Below, in pieces: positions 13,166 to 24,200 of a stretch of 64,000 bases of DNA. Under the pieces are notes generated by a model. It did no database searches, had not been told where the DNA came from, and was given only the letters and a program-made list of their open reading frames with translations. The stretch is from contig CM035360.1 in assembly GCA_020137815.1 (NCBI GenBank), positions 7,626,001 through 7,690,000 on the forward strand, written 5' to 3'. The first letter of the stretch is position 1, and each line of letters starts with the position of its first letter. Source of the DNA: Hormiphora californensis. Its lineage: Eukaryota > Animalia > Ctenophora. Made by a program: the position numbers and the translations under genes.

Positions 13166-13229
13166 GCACAATGATTATTTTCTTGATCTTATCTGACAGA
13201 CCGTGATCTTGAGATGCGATTATGAGTGT
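13166..13229 (+). ncRNA. Candidate box C/D guide RNA (scaRNA-like) targeting U2 snRNA
   Basis: Terminal stem GCAC/GTGT; box C ATGATTA (13171), D' CTGA (13193), C' GTGATCT (13203), D ATGA (13222). The D' guide CTTGATCTTA is complementary to U2 nt 22-31, and the D guide GAGATGCGAT matches U2 nt 1-10 with one mismatch. Confidence 0.55.
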
Positions 13230-13556
13230 AACACTGCTTTATCTGGCATCCAATGTTCCTCTTTCTAGTGATGTAACACTAAAACCCCCCAGGTAATTGA
13301 ATAGTGAGGACTGCCTGGGCACTACGTTCAAAGACTGTGTGTAAATATATATTCCCTATGTTTGTTGTATTTCGAAGACAGATTCCTGAGGGACAAGCGT
13401 CAATTAAAGACGTTGTATTTGTATGTTAGTTCTTATTCATTTGTTATGTGTTGCAATTATTGTTATAGCACCTACTTATTTCCCTAACTTACACCACCTA
13501 ATATCACGACGTATCTCCCCCCTCTCCCTCCCTCTCCCTCCCTCCCACAGCCCAGT

Positions 13557-16500
13557 ATGTCCGATCCAAGGGGGGCAAAGAGAAGGAAGGAGCATCCTCC
13601 AAACACAGTGCCCTATAAACCCAAGAAAGTGAAGGGTATGGCGAAGTGTAGGGTCTATGTTAATAACCTTCCTTATGATGTAGAGTGGACTAATCTTAGA
13701 GATCACATGAAGTCAGGTGGGGCTCAGTTCACATTGTTTACATTTCACATGTAGCTCACTTTGTGATAAGACTCTGGACCTAACTCCCTCCCTCATATCT
13801 TATGATGTTCTAACTCCTCCCAGTTCTAATAATGTTGAATGTTCTAACTCCTCTCCCTCCTCTCAGCGGGTGAAGTTGTGTTTGTTGAAGTATTTAGAGA
13901 CCAAGATGGGAAGTCATTAGGAGCTGCTATCGTGTGTTATAACTCAGAGGAAGGGGTTCGCAAAGCAATTGATACACTCTCACACTCAACATTTGGAGGC
14001 AGGAAGATCAAGGTAGATAATCTCTGGACACACATTGGCATATTAAACGTGCTTTTAGAGCACTCAGTCCACTTTGATAATCCATTCATGTATATTCTAA
14101 AATCCCTCTGTTTTTAGGTGAAGTATGATAATATCGAGTATTATCCGAGAGTGCCTGCTGACTCAGGCGACCAGTTTGGTACTAATAGGGGGATTATCTT
14201 TATCAGAAATGTAAGTAGCCAGTGGAATTAGGTTATGCATATATGACCAGTAGTTACTATCTAGTAGGATTAGGAAGAGTTGTGTTCGATAATAGCGTCT
14301 ACCCTAGTTAAAGTGTAGCAATTACTAAATTATAAACTGTGTCTAATTCCTTCATTCCCAGGTAAACATCCTAGATGCTAAACCACGTGATTTTCGGAAC
14401 CATTTCAGTGATTGTGGTGACATCACCAAGGTTAGCAATATTTCATCCCTCCCTTGTCCCCCGCCCGAAGCAGTTTTCTTAGTCAGATGTTATCCCCTCC
14501 CAATCGTAGTGTCTTTACTAAACGCTTCCCAAGAGTCTCCCTCCCTGACCGGTAACCCTCAACGCAGGTGTTTGTACCCACGAGTGAAGACCACAAGTTT
14601 GGGGGAGCAGTAACTATCAAATTTGAAACAACTGAGGGTGCACAAGCCGCTCTGGATCGATTTAATGGGACTGAATTTCAGGGTCAAATACTGGACATTG
14701 CCTTTGTAAGTTGAAATACCCGCCCTCTCGATTTGTTACATGATATGTCTACCAAACCCTCAAGGAGCGTGTGAGCCACACAAAATATGTCCCCAGAGAC
14801 AGCTGTCCCTTACCCACCTCTTGTTTCAGTGTCCTAAGAAGTCTGCACCTCCCATATCTGAGCCTCACAATCTAATGGACAACCATCTGCATCCAAGGGA
14901 CGGTCCACCACGGGATGATTACCAACCACCACGGGATCTCCGGGATACTCTCCCACCTCCCTACCAGGGTCCACCACCACGAGATGGATATCCACCCCGA
15001 GATGGATATCCACCCCGAGATGGATATCCACCTAGGGATGGATACAGAGACATGTACAGTAGAGATAGAAGAGAATCTGGACAGCCTCCTAGAGACTACA
15101 GAGATCACCCACCTAGAGAGTACAACAGGGACCCTCCACCAAGAGAGTATCGTGGGAGAAGTCGGAGTCCCCACAGAGATTACGGACCACCCAGGGATCA
15201 CTACGGAAGAAGTCCACCAAGAGATCACCACCACCCAGGGAGCAGTAGAATAGTGGATGCTAGAAGGAGGGCACCATCCCCACGCAGAGATGATGATGCA
15301 CAAGCTAAACTTCTACAGGTTAGTCCCCAGGAATTGTCCAAATATTCTTCTAACTTCTTTTCTAAGCTTTTAATCAATTTACTAAGCTAATGTCCTCCTC
15401 CTTCTCCACAGAAAATTGGTCTTGCCACAGTGAGCATGCTCCAAGGTGCTGGCTCGGGACTGTCTCTTGAGTCTGTACTGAGCAGGGACGCTCTGGAAGG
15501 TCTACTGAGAGGCTCATCTAGCAGAGAGGCAGATAGAAGGGATTACAGGTTGGTAGTTCCTGTAAATTGTAACGACTGGTGTCCTATAATCCGCTCCAAT
15601 ACTTGCTTCATGCTCTAACCTCACACCTATTTTCAGGAGAGATGCCCCCTATCCATCACGTTACGACCATCACCACCACCCTCCATCAGCTGCAGAGCCA
15701 CCCCGTTACAACTACCCTGAACATCCTACCTATCCAGCTGATCCAACCAGGGCATATCCTCCTGACCCGGCCAGAGCTGCAGGTGGATACCCGCCTGACC
15801 CAGCCAGAGCTGTAGGTGGATATCCGCCTGACCCAGCTAGAGCTGCTGCATTCTCTGTTTCTGGATATCCACCCTCCCAAGATGGTTACCACCCCCCTGC
15901 AGGATCATATGGGGCCACATCATCAGAACCCGCCCCTGGGTACAGCAGTATTATCAGTGAGGTCTTCCCTCCACCTCCTCCACACATGACAGAGCAGGAG
16001 AAGACACAACTCTACATCAAAAATGTAAGAAACGTCATGCACTTTTCATACTTATTAGTTCCTGAGTGATATCTGTCATAAGTTGGTCTGACTAGCGGCC
16101 CCTTATGAATCATGGTTTCTAGTTGTTCGGTATATTCTAAATCGATACCTTTTTATACCCATTTCTACATTACAAATACCCTTAATATCCATTTCTACAT
16201 TACAAATACCCTTTATACCCATTTCTACACTACAAATACCCTTAATACCCATTTCTACACTACAGATACCCTTTGAGCTCACATCCGATGTTCTGAGGGA
16301 CTTCTTCCGTCATGCTGGCCAAGTTATTGAGTGTATGATCATGACTGACCAGGAGGGACGTAGTAGGCGGTGTGCTACTGTCCGCATGGCCACTCAACCA
16401 GAGTGTGATAGGGCCATTAGTATCCTTTTTAGCTGACCATTTTAATAAGGGGATTTAACGACAATTTTTGCCTAAACCGGGAAAAAATGTGTAACAAGAG

Positions 16501-19500
16501 TTTTCCAACGCCATTGTACTCAGAATGGACCCCTCTAACGATCCCAACCAATGCTCAAATTGAGCAGAGGGTGCTAAGGCCTCATTTCCGGGTGGGCGCG
16601 GTACCTGTGTTTTCAGTCTGAGGCCAAAACCATAGGTACCCTTAAAATAGGAGTAGAGATAAAATCGAGGGCACTAAAGTGATCAGCGTCCTCGCATTAG
16701 TGGGGGTAGGTGCCGGAATTAAGTCTCTATCTCATCAGGTTAATTAGATAATTGGATAATTAGGTTTACGCATAACCGTTTTTTGGCTATATGGCTATAG
16801 CCACTTTGGAATGGTTTAGAGACTTTTCATTGGTGCCATTTTGTAGGCAAAGCGAAGTTATGGGGGGTCGACGTCGGACTTTTAAGCTCTATCTTCAACC
16901 GTTTAGCCGTTATTTGGCTTGAACGGTGTTCAAAATCGGGCTTTTTACCGTATTTTGCTAATTTGGAGCATCTTAAAAGCCAAATAACGGCTAAACGGTT
17001 GAAGATAGAGTTTAAAAGTCCGACGTCGACCCCCCGTAACTTCGCTTTGCCTACAAAATGGCACCAATGAAAAGTCTCTACTCCTTTCCAAAGTGGCTAT
17101 AGCCATATAACCAAAAAACGGTTATGCGCAAACCTAATTATCCAATTATCTAATTAACCTGATGAGATAGAGACTTAATTCCGGCACTTACCCCCACTAA
17201 TGCGAGGACGCTGATCACTTTAGTGCCCTCGATTTTATCTCTACTCCTATTCTAAGGGTACCTATGGTTTTGGCCTCAGACTGAAAACACAGGTACCGCG
17301 CCCACCCGGAAATGAGGCCTTAGCACCCTCTGCTCAATTTGAGCATTGGTTGGGATCGTTAGAGGGGTCCATTCTGAGTACAATGGCGTTGGAAAACTCT
17401 TGTTACACATTTTTTCCCGGTCAAGCTGAAACATCCCCTTATTATTTAGTATTTAGTGCAGTGGTAGAACTATTGTGGTTGGCTGTAGACTTCTATGTCT
17501 ATTAACTTTAATATTCACATGGCTATGTTTGGAATATTAGCGCCGGTTTTGTCCGAAATCAACTAATCTAGCATTTGGCAACTTGTCATCATGTGTCGCA
17601 TACTTCCGGATTATCAGGGCTACTGCACCAAATTGTGGACGTCTTCATCTACTACACAATTTATTACTACTTCAGCTGGTACCACCTTCTTCCATACTCT
17701 GTAATCCATACATTTGGCCTATAGGCCAGTCGCTTTTTGCTAAAATGGTGAACTGAGACATAACAAAGGTTTTCCACTTGCATTGTACTCCTATGGGGTC
17801 TCAGAAACACCAAAAAAATTTTCCACTCCAACCGAGGTGAAGAAAGTGCCCAAAATGGCCACGCCCTTTTGCCTGTATTTTCAGCCTTGGCCAAAAATAG
17901 CAACTCTGCTTTGGATTGGAGTAGAGACAAAAATGAGGGCACTAAAATGTGTAGAATGAGCAGCAGAATCGATTGGGACCAAGCAGAAGTCTCTATCTTG
18001 TCAGCTTCGAGAGATAATTGGATAATTAAGTATGCGCATAACCGTTTTTGAGCCATATGGCTATAGCCACTCGGGAGCGGTTTTAACAATTTTCCTTCAC
18101 AGGAGCTTGTTCGGCATATAGAAATTAGTGGGAGTAACAAATATGAAGTTTCTATCGAATAAGGTCAATGCGTTATTCAACTTAAAAGATCAAAAAATGA
18201 GTGGAAAATGAGGGAAAATGACCAAATTTCGACTTTTCCCCCTCATTTTTCGAACTTTGAAGTTGAATAACGCATTGACCTTATGCGATAGAAACTTCAT
18301 ATTTGTTACCCCCACTAATTTTTATATGCTGAACAAGCTCCTGTGAAGGTAAATTGTCGAAACCGCTCCTGAGTGGCTATAGCCATATGGCTCAAAAACG
18401 GTTATGCGCATACTTAATTATCCAATTATCTCTCGAAGCTGACAAGATAGAGACTTCTGCTTGGTCCCAATCGATTCTGCTGCTCATTCTACACATTTTA
18501 GTGCCCTCATTTTTGTCTCTACTCCAATCCAAAGCAAAGTTGCTTTTTTTGGCCAAGGCTGAAAATACAGGCAATTAAGGGCGTGGCCATTTTGGGCACT
18601 TTCTTCACCTCGGTTGGAGTGGAAAATTTTTTTGGTGTTTATGGGACCCCATAGGAGTACAATGCAAGTGGAAAACCTTTGTTATGTCTCAGTTCACCAA
18701 ATGGCCCCAAAATGACAAAAAGCGACTGGCCTACTACAGTCGGACCCCGATTTAGGGACACCCTCGGGGGAAAGGGTCTTGTCCACTAAATCGGGGTGTC
18801 CACTAAATCGGGGTGAGCCATATTTGGCCCATAAAAACATTTTATTGCCCAAAATGCTATATTATTAAGACTAAAGACACCTCTAACTGTTATATGCAAT
18901 ATTCATGTATTGATGACATGATCATTTCTGATTAGAAGAAAAATATAAAATAATTATTTTTCAAAAAAATGTGGAAAATTTTCCAAGTTATACCAGCCCG
19001 TCCGGTTTGTATTTCGAATCGGTGCAACTTACTGGATATCCTGTCTAATTAGCGGGTTCAAAACGAACCGATACGTGATACCATACCGAATCGGGGCACC
19101 CTAAGCGGGTGAGGAAGTATAAAAATTTCAAAATAACTTTTTCTCTCAAAATTTATGGGGAGCACCGATCAAAGCATTGACAATCGTACTGTAAAATTTT
19201 GCAAAAAAGTTTAAAAAAAGGTATACCAGCCACGTCCGAATCGTGTTTCGAATCGGTGCATCTTATCGCATGTCCTGCTGCTAATTAGACGGAACGAATC
19301 GAAACGTGATCCCCATCGAATCGAAATTTTGACACTTGGACCTTGGTGAACTTGTGATTCAATGGGCACCATGGGGATCACGTATCGGTTCGTTCCGAAC
19401 CGTCTAATTAGCAGAAGGACATGCGATAAGATGCACCGATTCGAAACACGATTCGGACATGGCTGGAATCTTTTTGAAAAATTTCACAAAAAATTTCACA

Positions 19501-20176
19501 AAAAATTTCCCAAAAAAATTCAAAAATTTTTGGGGGAAAAAAATCCTGTCCCTAAATCGGGGTGTCCCTAAATCGGGGGTCCCTAAATCGGGGTCCGACT
19601 GTACCACCAGTCCCAAACACGATGGTACCACAATTAACTATTTATTATCATCTTTTTCATAATCAATTTATTGAGTTCCATGAAGCCAACACTTCTGTGT
19701 GTCACATCTTACCATTTCGTTATTCTTGCACTTCAATAAGTCTCTAGTAATTTTCTTCACATCCTATCCTAGTCATATTTCCTGTGACAGAACATCCCAA
19801 GAACCTGGTGAGGAGCTGGCGATCTCTGGTTAGCATTTCCCACAATCCACATCTTGCCACAGTGGTGCTCCGTCGTATTGGCCGGCCGCCAGTTATTCCT
19901 GTTTCAATCCAATCAATATTCGACAGCAGTACTGCTGCTTCTGTTTGAAAACCACTTTTTGTCTGGCTGTCCAAATACAAATGATCTGTAAAACCAAAAA
20001 GGATAAAAGTTCCCTTATTTCTGTCATCTGCAGCCAACCACATTTAACCCTTAGTACTACCAATGGTACATCTACTTATAAACTCCAGTTGTTTCCTCTT
20101 AACTCCTCATCCTCCAGACATGTTTCATAGGTCTCAATTGAAGGGATGTGAAATAGAGGTCCGATATGATGTCTAA
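13557..20176 (+). CDS. Three-RRM RNA-binding protein, hnRNP M/MYEF2-like, with Pro/Arg/Asp/Tyr-rich repeats
   Basis: RRM1 CRVYVNNLPYDVEWTNLRDHMK..GEVVFVEVFRDQDGKSLGAAIV; PPRDGY repeats; RRM3 LYIKNIPFELTSDVLRDFFRHAG..., ending NMFHRSQLKGCEIEVRYDV* in the exon at 20118-20176. The last intron (~3.7 kb) is filled with MITEs. Confidence 0.8.
16448..17439. mobile_element. ~1-kb fold-back MITE (long TIRs, TA TSD)
   Basis: Near-perfect inverted arms of ~450 bp; ends AGGGGAT...ATCCCCT flanked by TA. Confidence 0.85.
17724..18731. mobile_element. ~1-kb fold-back MITE, distantly related to the element at 16448
   Basis: Ends GGCCAGTCGCTTTTTG...CAAAAAGCGACTGGCC flanked by TA. Shares internal blocks (GTAGAGA..GAGGGCACTAAA, ATAATTGGATAATTA, CATAACCGTTTTT, ATATGGCTATAGCCACT) with the neighbouring element. 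Confidence 0.85.
18737..19601. mobile_element. Tc1/mariner(pogo)-like MITE
   Basis: TIR CAGTCGGACCCCGATTTAG with TA TSD and subterminal CTAAATCGGGG repeats. Confidence 0.9.
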
Positions 20177-20861
20177 CTTATACCCGCTATCGGAATAATA
20201 CATATCTTACATCAATTAACTCCAATCCAAACTTTTTATTGTTAACTTTACGTGTGAAGGATTTATTATCCTAACTGTCAAACATAGTTTTTTACTGTAG
20301 TTTTTACTGTAGTCAGTTTTTATTATTACCCATTCCTGATTATAACTAATGTGTGGTATTCAGTGTGTGTTCCCAGGCAGTGGTGTTTAGACTTTCATTG
20401 ACAAGCGGATTTATTGTATCAAGCTTTAATTGATCAAATTATCACACTACATACTATCCTGGCGTGTGTATTGTATCACTACTGTTTGATTTGTTCTACA
20501 AGTTCCCGTTCTATAAATCTCTTGTTTTAACTTATTGAAAAGAATCTAGTGATCTAAATATTCTAGAAACTAAACCCCATCCCTTTTCAGATAAGGCTGG
20601 CTTGTAGGCAGACAACTGTATGATGTGAGCACCAGGAAGCAAGCATCAAACAAGAATGGACTGTTTTAGAGACTCAAGTTGTTTAAATAGACACTCATTT
20701 TATCATGGACACTGATTTGTAATTTAATTTTTATCATCGATTTTTTAAATCTAAATTATTTTATTGCAAGAATGATTAACTTTTATATCATCTATATTAA
20801 TTATTCCGTTAAATTTTATATTTTACCGAACAACAAAACCGACCCGGTCATCTCTGTGTAC

Positions 20862-21166
20862 CGGGTCATGTGTGTACGGCGCGGCAACCCCTCACCAATA
20901 CAACCGACTGCCCGCGGCACTTGCGGGACAGTTTTGTGCGACGCGCGCGCTCTGTTTTAAACAGCGCTGACAAGGCCCTTCCAGTTCTGCAGTACACACA
21001 TGACCCCTCGGCCCGGAGAGAAGTATAAAATGGTGGAATTATTGGACACTGGACCGTTTGGGGGGATATCTCGTCCTGAATCCCATTGCTTTGTGGCAAT
21101 TTCAGCCACTTTTCCGGAGAGAGATAAGGGTGAAAAAGGAAAACACGGCTGGTTCACGTGAACAAA
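20862..21166 (+). ncRNA. Candidate structured intergenic RNA (unassigned)
   Basis: Perfect 15-bp helix GGGTCATGTGTGTAC/GTACACACATGACCC encloses two hairpins. A second domain is closed by CCGGAGAG/CTTTTCCGG, followed by AGATAA (H-like) and ACA. G-U pairs favour the + strand. Confidence 0.4.
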
Positions 21167-21258
21167 ATTAAAATGGTATCTCTCCTCATGCACACTTATA
21201 TCACTGGCAAACTCTCTCTTTCACTTATTATCTTGTCAGGTAAACGAAATGCATCCCT

Positions 21259-24200
21259 TCATGTTTCAACTTGTTTCGGTCGATCAACCCTCTTCCGTCT
21301 TCTCGTTGGGTCCTCGCCCCTGGAAATTAATGGGTTGGTTTAATAGAACCACTAATAATTATACACCCCACATGATCCAATCTCTCTGTCTACTCTACCA
21401 CTCTCCCCTCACCTGATACACCCCTCACAATCCCATGATCCCCCCTCACCTGATATAAGTGTTCATAATGAACTGGAAGGTGGCCAGCTGCTGCCGACTG
21501 GGTGCCCGGATATAGGGAGGTGCCGGCAGAGGCCCAGACATGTGCATCTCCTCATCCAACTCGAATGTGTCCGGCATTGTAACAGGGGAGGTGGGATGGG
21601 CAGGGAAGTCACCCAGTGTGTCATGCATCTGGAAGGGGATGGGTTTAGAAAGGGATGCTGCTGAAAACCACAAGGATTGTTTCTGAAGCGAATTTGAAAC
21701 TCACCAGGTGGTGATGAGATATGTTCAGGTTGGACGCCTTCAAGATCTCCTCCTCAACCCGGTTCAAATTGGGCACTTGCTGAAAAGAAAAGGGAGTGAA
21801 ACACCCATTTCCCATTTAGTCACCCGGCCCAATTAGTAGAAACACCCCCAATTAATCAGCTACTTACCCCAACATGTTGCACGTTGTTCAGGATGTTAGA
21901 GATGTGGTTGCTGTGTAGGCAGGTACTCTTCTCACTAGCCGGGGGAGGGGGAGGAGGGGGTGGAGGGGGAGGTTCGTGACACTTCTCAGGTTCAGCAGGG
22001 GGCCCTGCTGGTTCCAACCTCTCCTTCTTATTGCTCAACTTTACAGGGTGAATACTTTCACTGATCTCACTAACCACCGCAGCAGGCACCGGCTCCCTGG
22101 GGGAATAAAGAGTGTCAATGAATTGTGGTTGTACAAGTGGTTAAAAAGTGGTGGTACAAGTGGTTAGTCAACTCACAGTTCAGGGAGGGGAGGTTGTGGT
22201 GGTGTAGTAGGGGGTACTACAGAGGCAGCCAGATCTTGTTGTTTCACTGGCTGTTGTTGCAGCTGAGTGTGGTCCAGCAGACTCAGATTAGCCAGTTGTT
22301 GCTGACTTAATAATAGCTGAACAGGGATCAGGAGTTAGAGAAATATAACACAACCCTCAATACCTAACCCTCAGAGAGGATAGAACAAACAAGAAACCCC
22401 CCAGCTTTCTTTACCTGGTGGTTGGCTAGTAGTTGGGAGGTGTTGGGCATGGCAGGTGGGGCAGCAGGTGGAATATTAAACATTGCAGCACAGGAAGATT
22501 GGGCAGTTAGGAGCTGCTGTGTCGCTGCCAACTGCTGCTGTGAAGACAGTAGTTGGGCATTATTCAGAATCTGCTGGCTCTGGTTTAACAACTGCTGGTT
22601 GCCCAGCAACTGTTGTTGTGTTGCCAGTAGCTGCTGAGAGTCCAACCTCTCCTTCAGTTTCACTCTAGCACTCTCACTCTCCTCAGTCTTCACTAGATTG
22701 TAATCATCCAGGGCATTCTGGTACATTCCCAACTTCTCATAGGCACTGGCCCTCATTTGGAGGAACTTGGGGTGTTTAGGGGTGGATAGCAAGACCCCTG
22801 TAACAGTCCTGTATCACATCAGGCCACATTTGCAGTTTCATGTTACAACCCGTCCTGTTTAGCAACACTGTCAGGGTTAGCTGTTCGAAACTCTCACTGT
22901 CTAGAGATTCTATCAGTTGGAGGGCCTCACTGTACCGCTTAGCTGCCTCCTGGTAACGACCTGGGGAGGGGTGAGATGAGGGGGTGGGATACAACACACA
23001 ATAATAGGAGAGGATGGTGTTAGAAGTTAGTAGAGAATAATAGACCTGTATCTTACCTGAGAAGAATGCTGTATCTCCGGTATATTTAACTGAGAGAGCC
23101 TCCTTTACAGTACACAATAGAATACCCGTCACTAGGTCAGCATCCTCTGCCCTCAGACCGACCATGAAACAACGCAGTGGACAGGACAGTGCGAACTGGG
23201 CAACCTGAAGGAGGATGGGGTGGTTAGGGTGGGGATATATGGTCAGGAATAGTACTTAGTAGAATTTAGTTATTTTAAAAGGGAGACTAACCTCTTTCCA
23301 CTCGCTCTGAAAGACCTTTCTCCTACAGAGTCGTTTCAGAGAGGGTACATAACACCCATCAAGAGATGTATAGGTAAAGAGGCTGGCCACCCTAGGCAGC
23401 TTGATGGGCTGATTCATTGGCGATGGTCCCCAGTTCTGTACTACTCTCACTCCCGCTCCCAATACCATCCCTACACACTCGGTCCAGGGCCGCTACTGCA
23501 ATGATCTCAGGGACACCAGTGTCCTCTAGAAACTCCCGGTAATCGTTCACACCATCTCCCCTCTCCTGTGGAGGAAGTGGTAGGAGTTGGGTACATTGAA
23601 CGGTAGTAGCACTACCACTGCCGTACAGCTGCTACTAGCAGGTGTGGGATAGAAAATTGTGTTTTGACTGTCTTGCCATGCTGTCTGGACATTTTCCAAA
23701 ACTTCCCTCCTCTCTCCTTACCTCTGCATCCTTGGCTCCAGCAGTCAGCAGTAGTTCAATGAATTGTAGAGCCACGTCAAAGCAGAGATGAATGGAAGCC
23801 TGGTTTCTCACTATCTCTACTAATGAGTCAACAATGGCAGTAACTGCGCCCAAACCCACAAGGTACCTACAGAAGAAAGACGAGTGTGACTCTAGCAAGT
23901 GCTGAAATACTGTACTTGTGATAGGAGCGCGCGCACAAAACTAGCGATATATCACAACCCCCACATATACTCTCTCTCTCTCTCATGTGTCACCCGGTAT
24001 CACCCGGCAATTACTTGATTATCTGGCGGTTAAACATGGCCGTTGTTAGGGTATTAGAGAGGGTTTTAACTGCCTCCTTCCACGTCAGCCAGCTACCTCG
24101 AGAATGGGATTGTCGCATACAGAGGTGCACCAGACAGGGGTACACTTGGGCATCGTGTAGACCCTGGGGGAGGAGGGATGGGATTAGGATGGAGAGAGGC

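Noticed and set aside
13268-13395. Second small RNA (10-nt complement to 5.8S, CGTTCAAAGA; U17-like ATATTCCCTA)
   Set aside because: Box D reads CTGT, there is no AAACCAT motif, and the folds conflict; insufficient support.
17667-18578. Mirror-image ORFs on both strands
   Set aside because: By-products of the palindromic MITE.
19610-20043. Minus-strand coding-like sequence in the last intron of the RRM gene
   Set aside because: Multiple stops and no recognisable domain; probably a decayed element.
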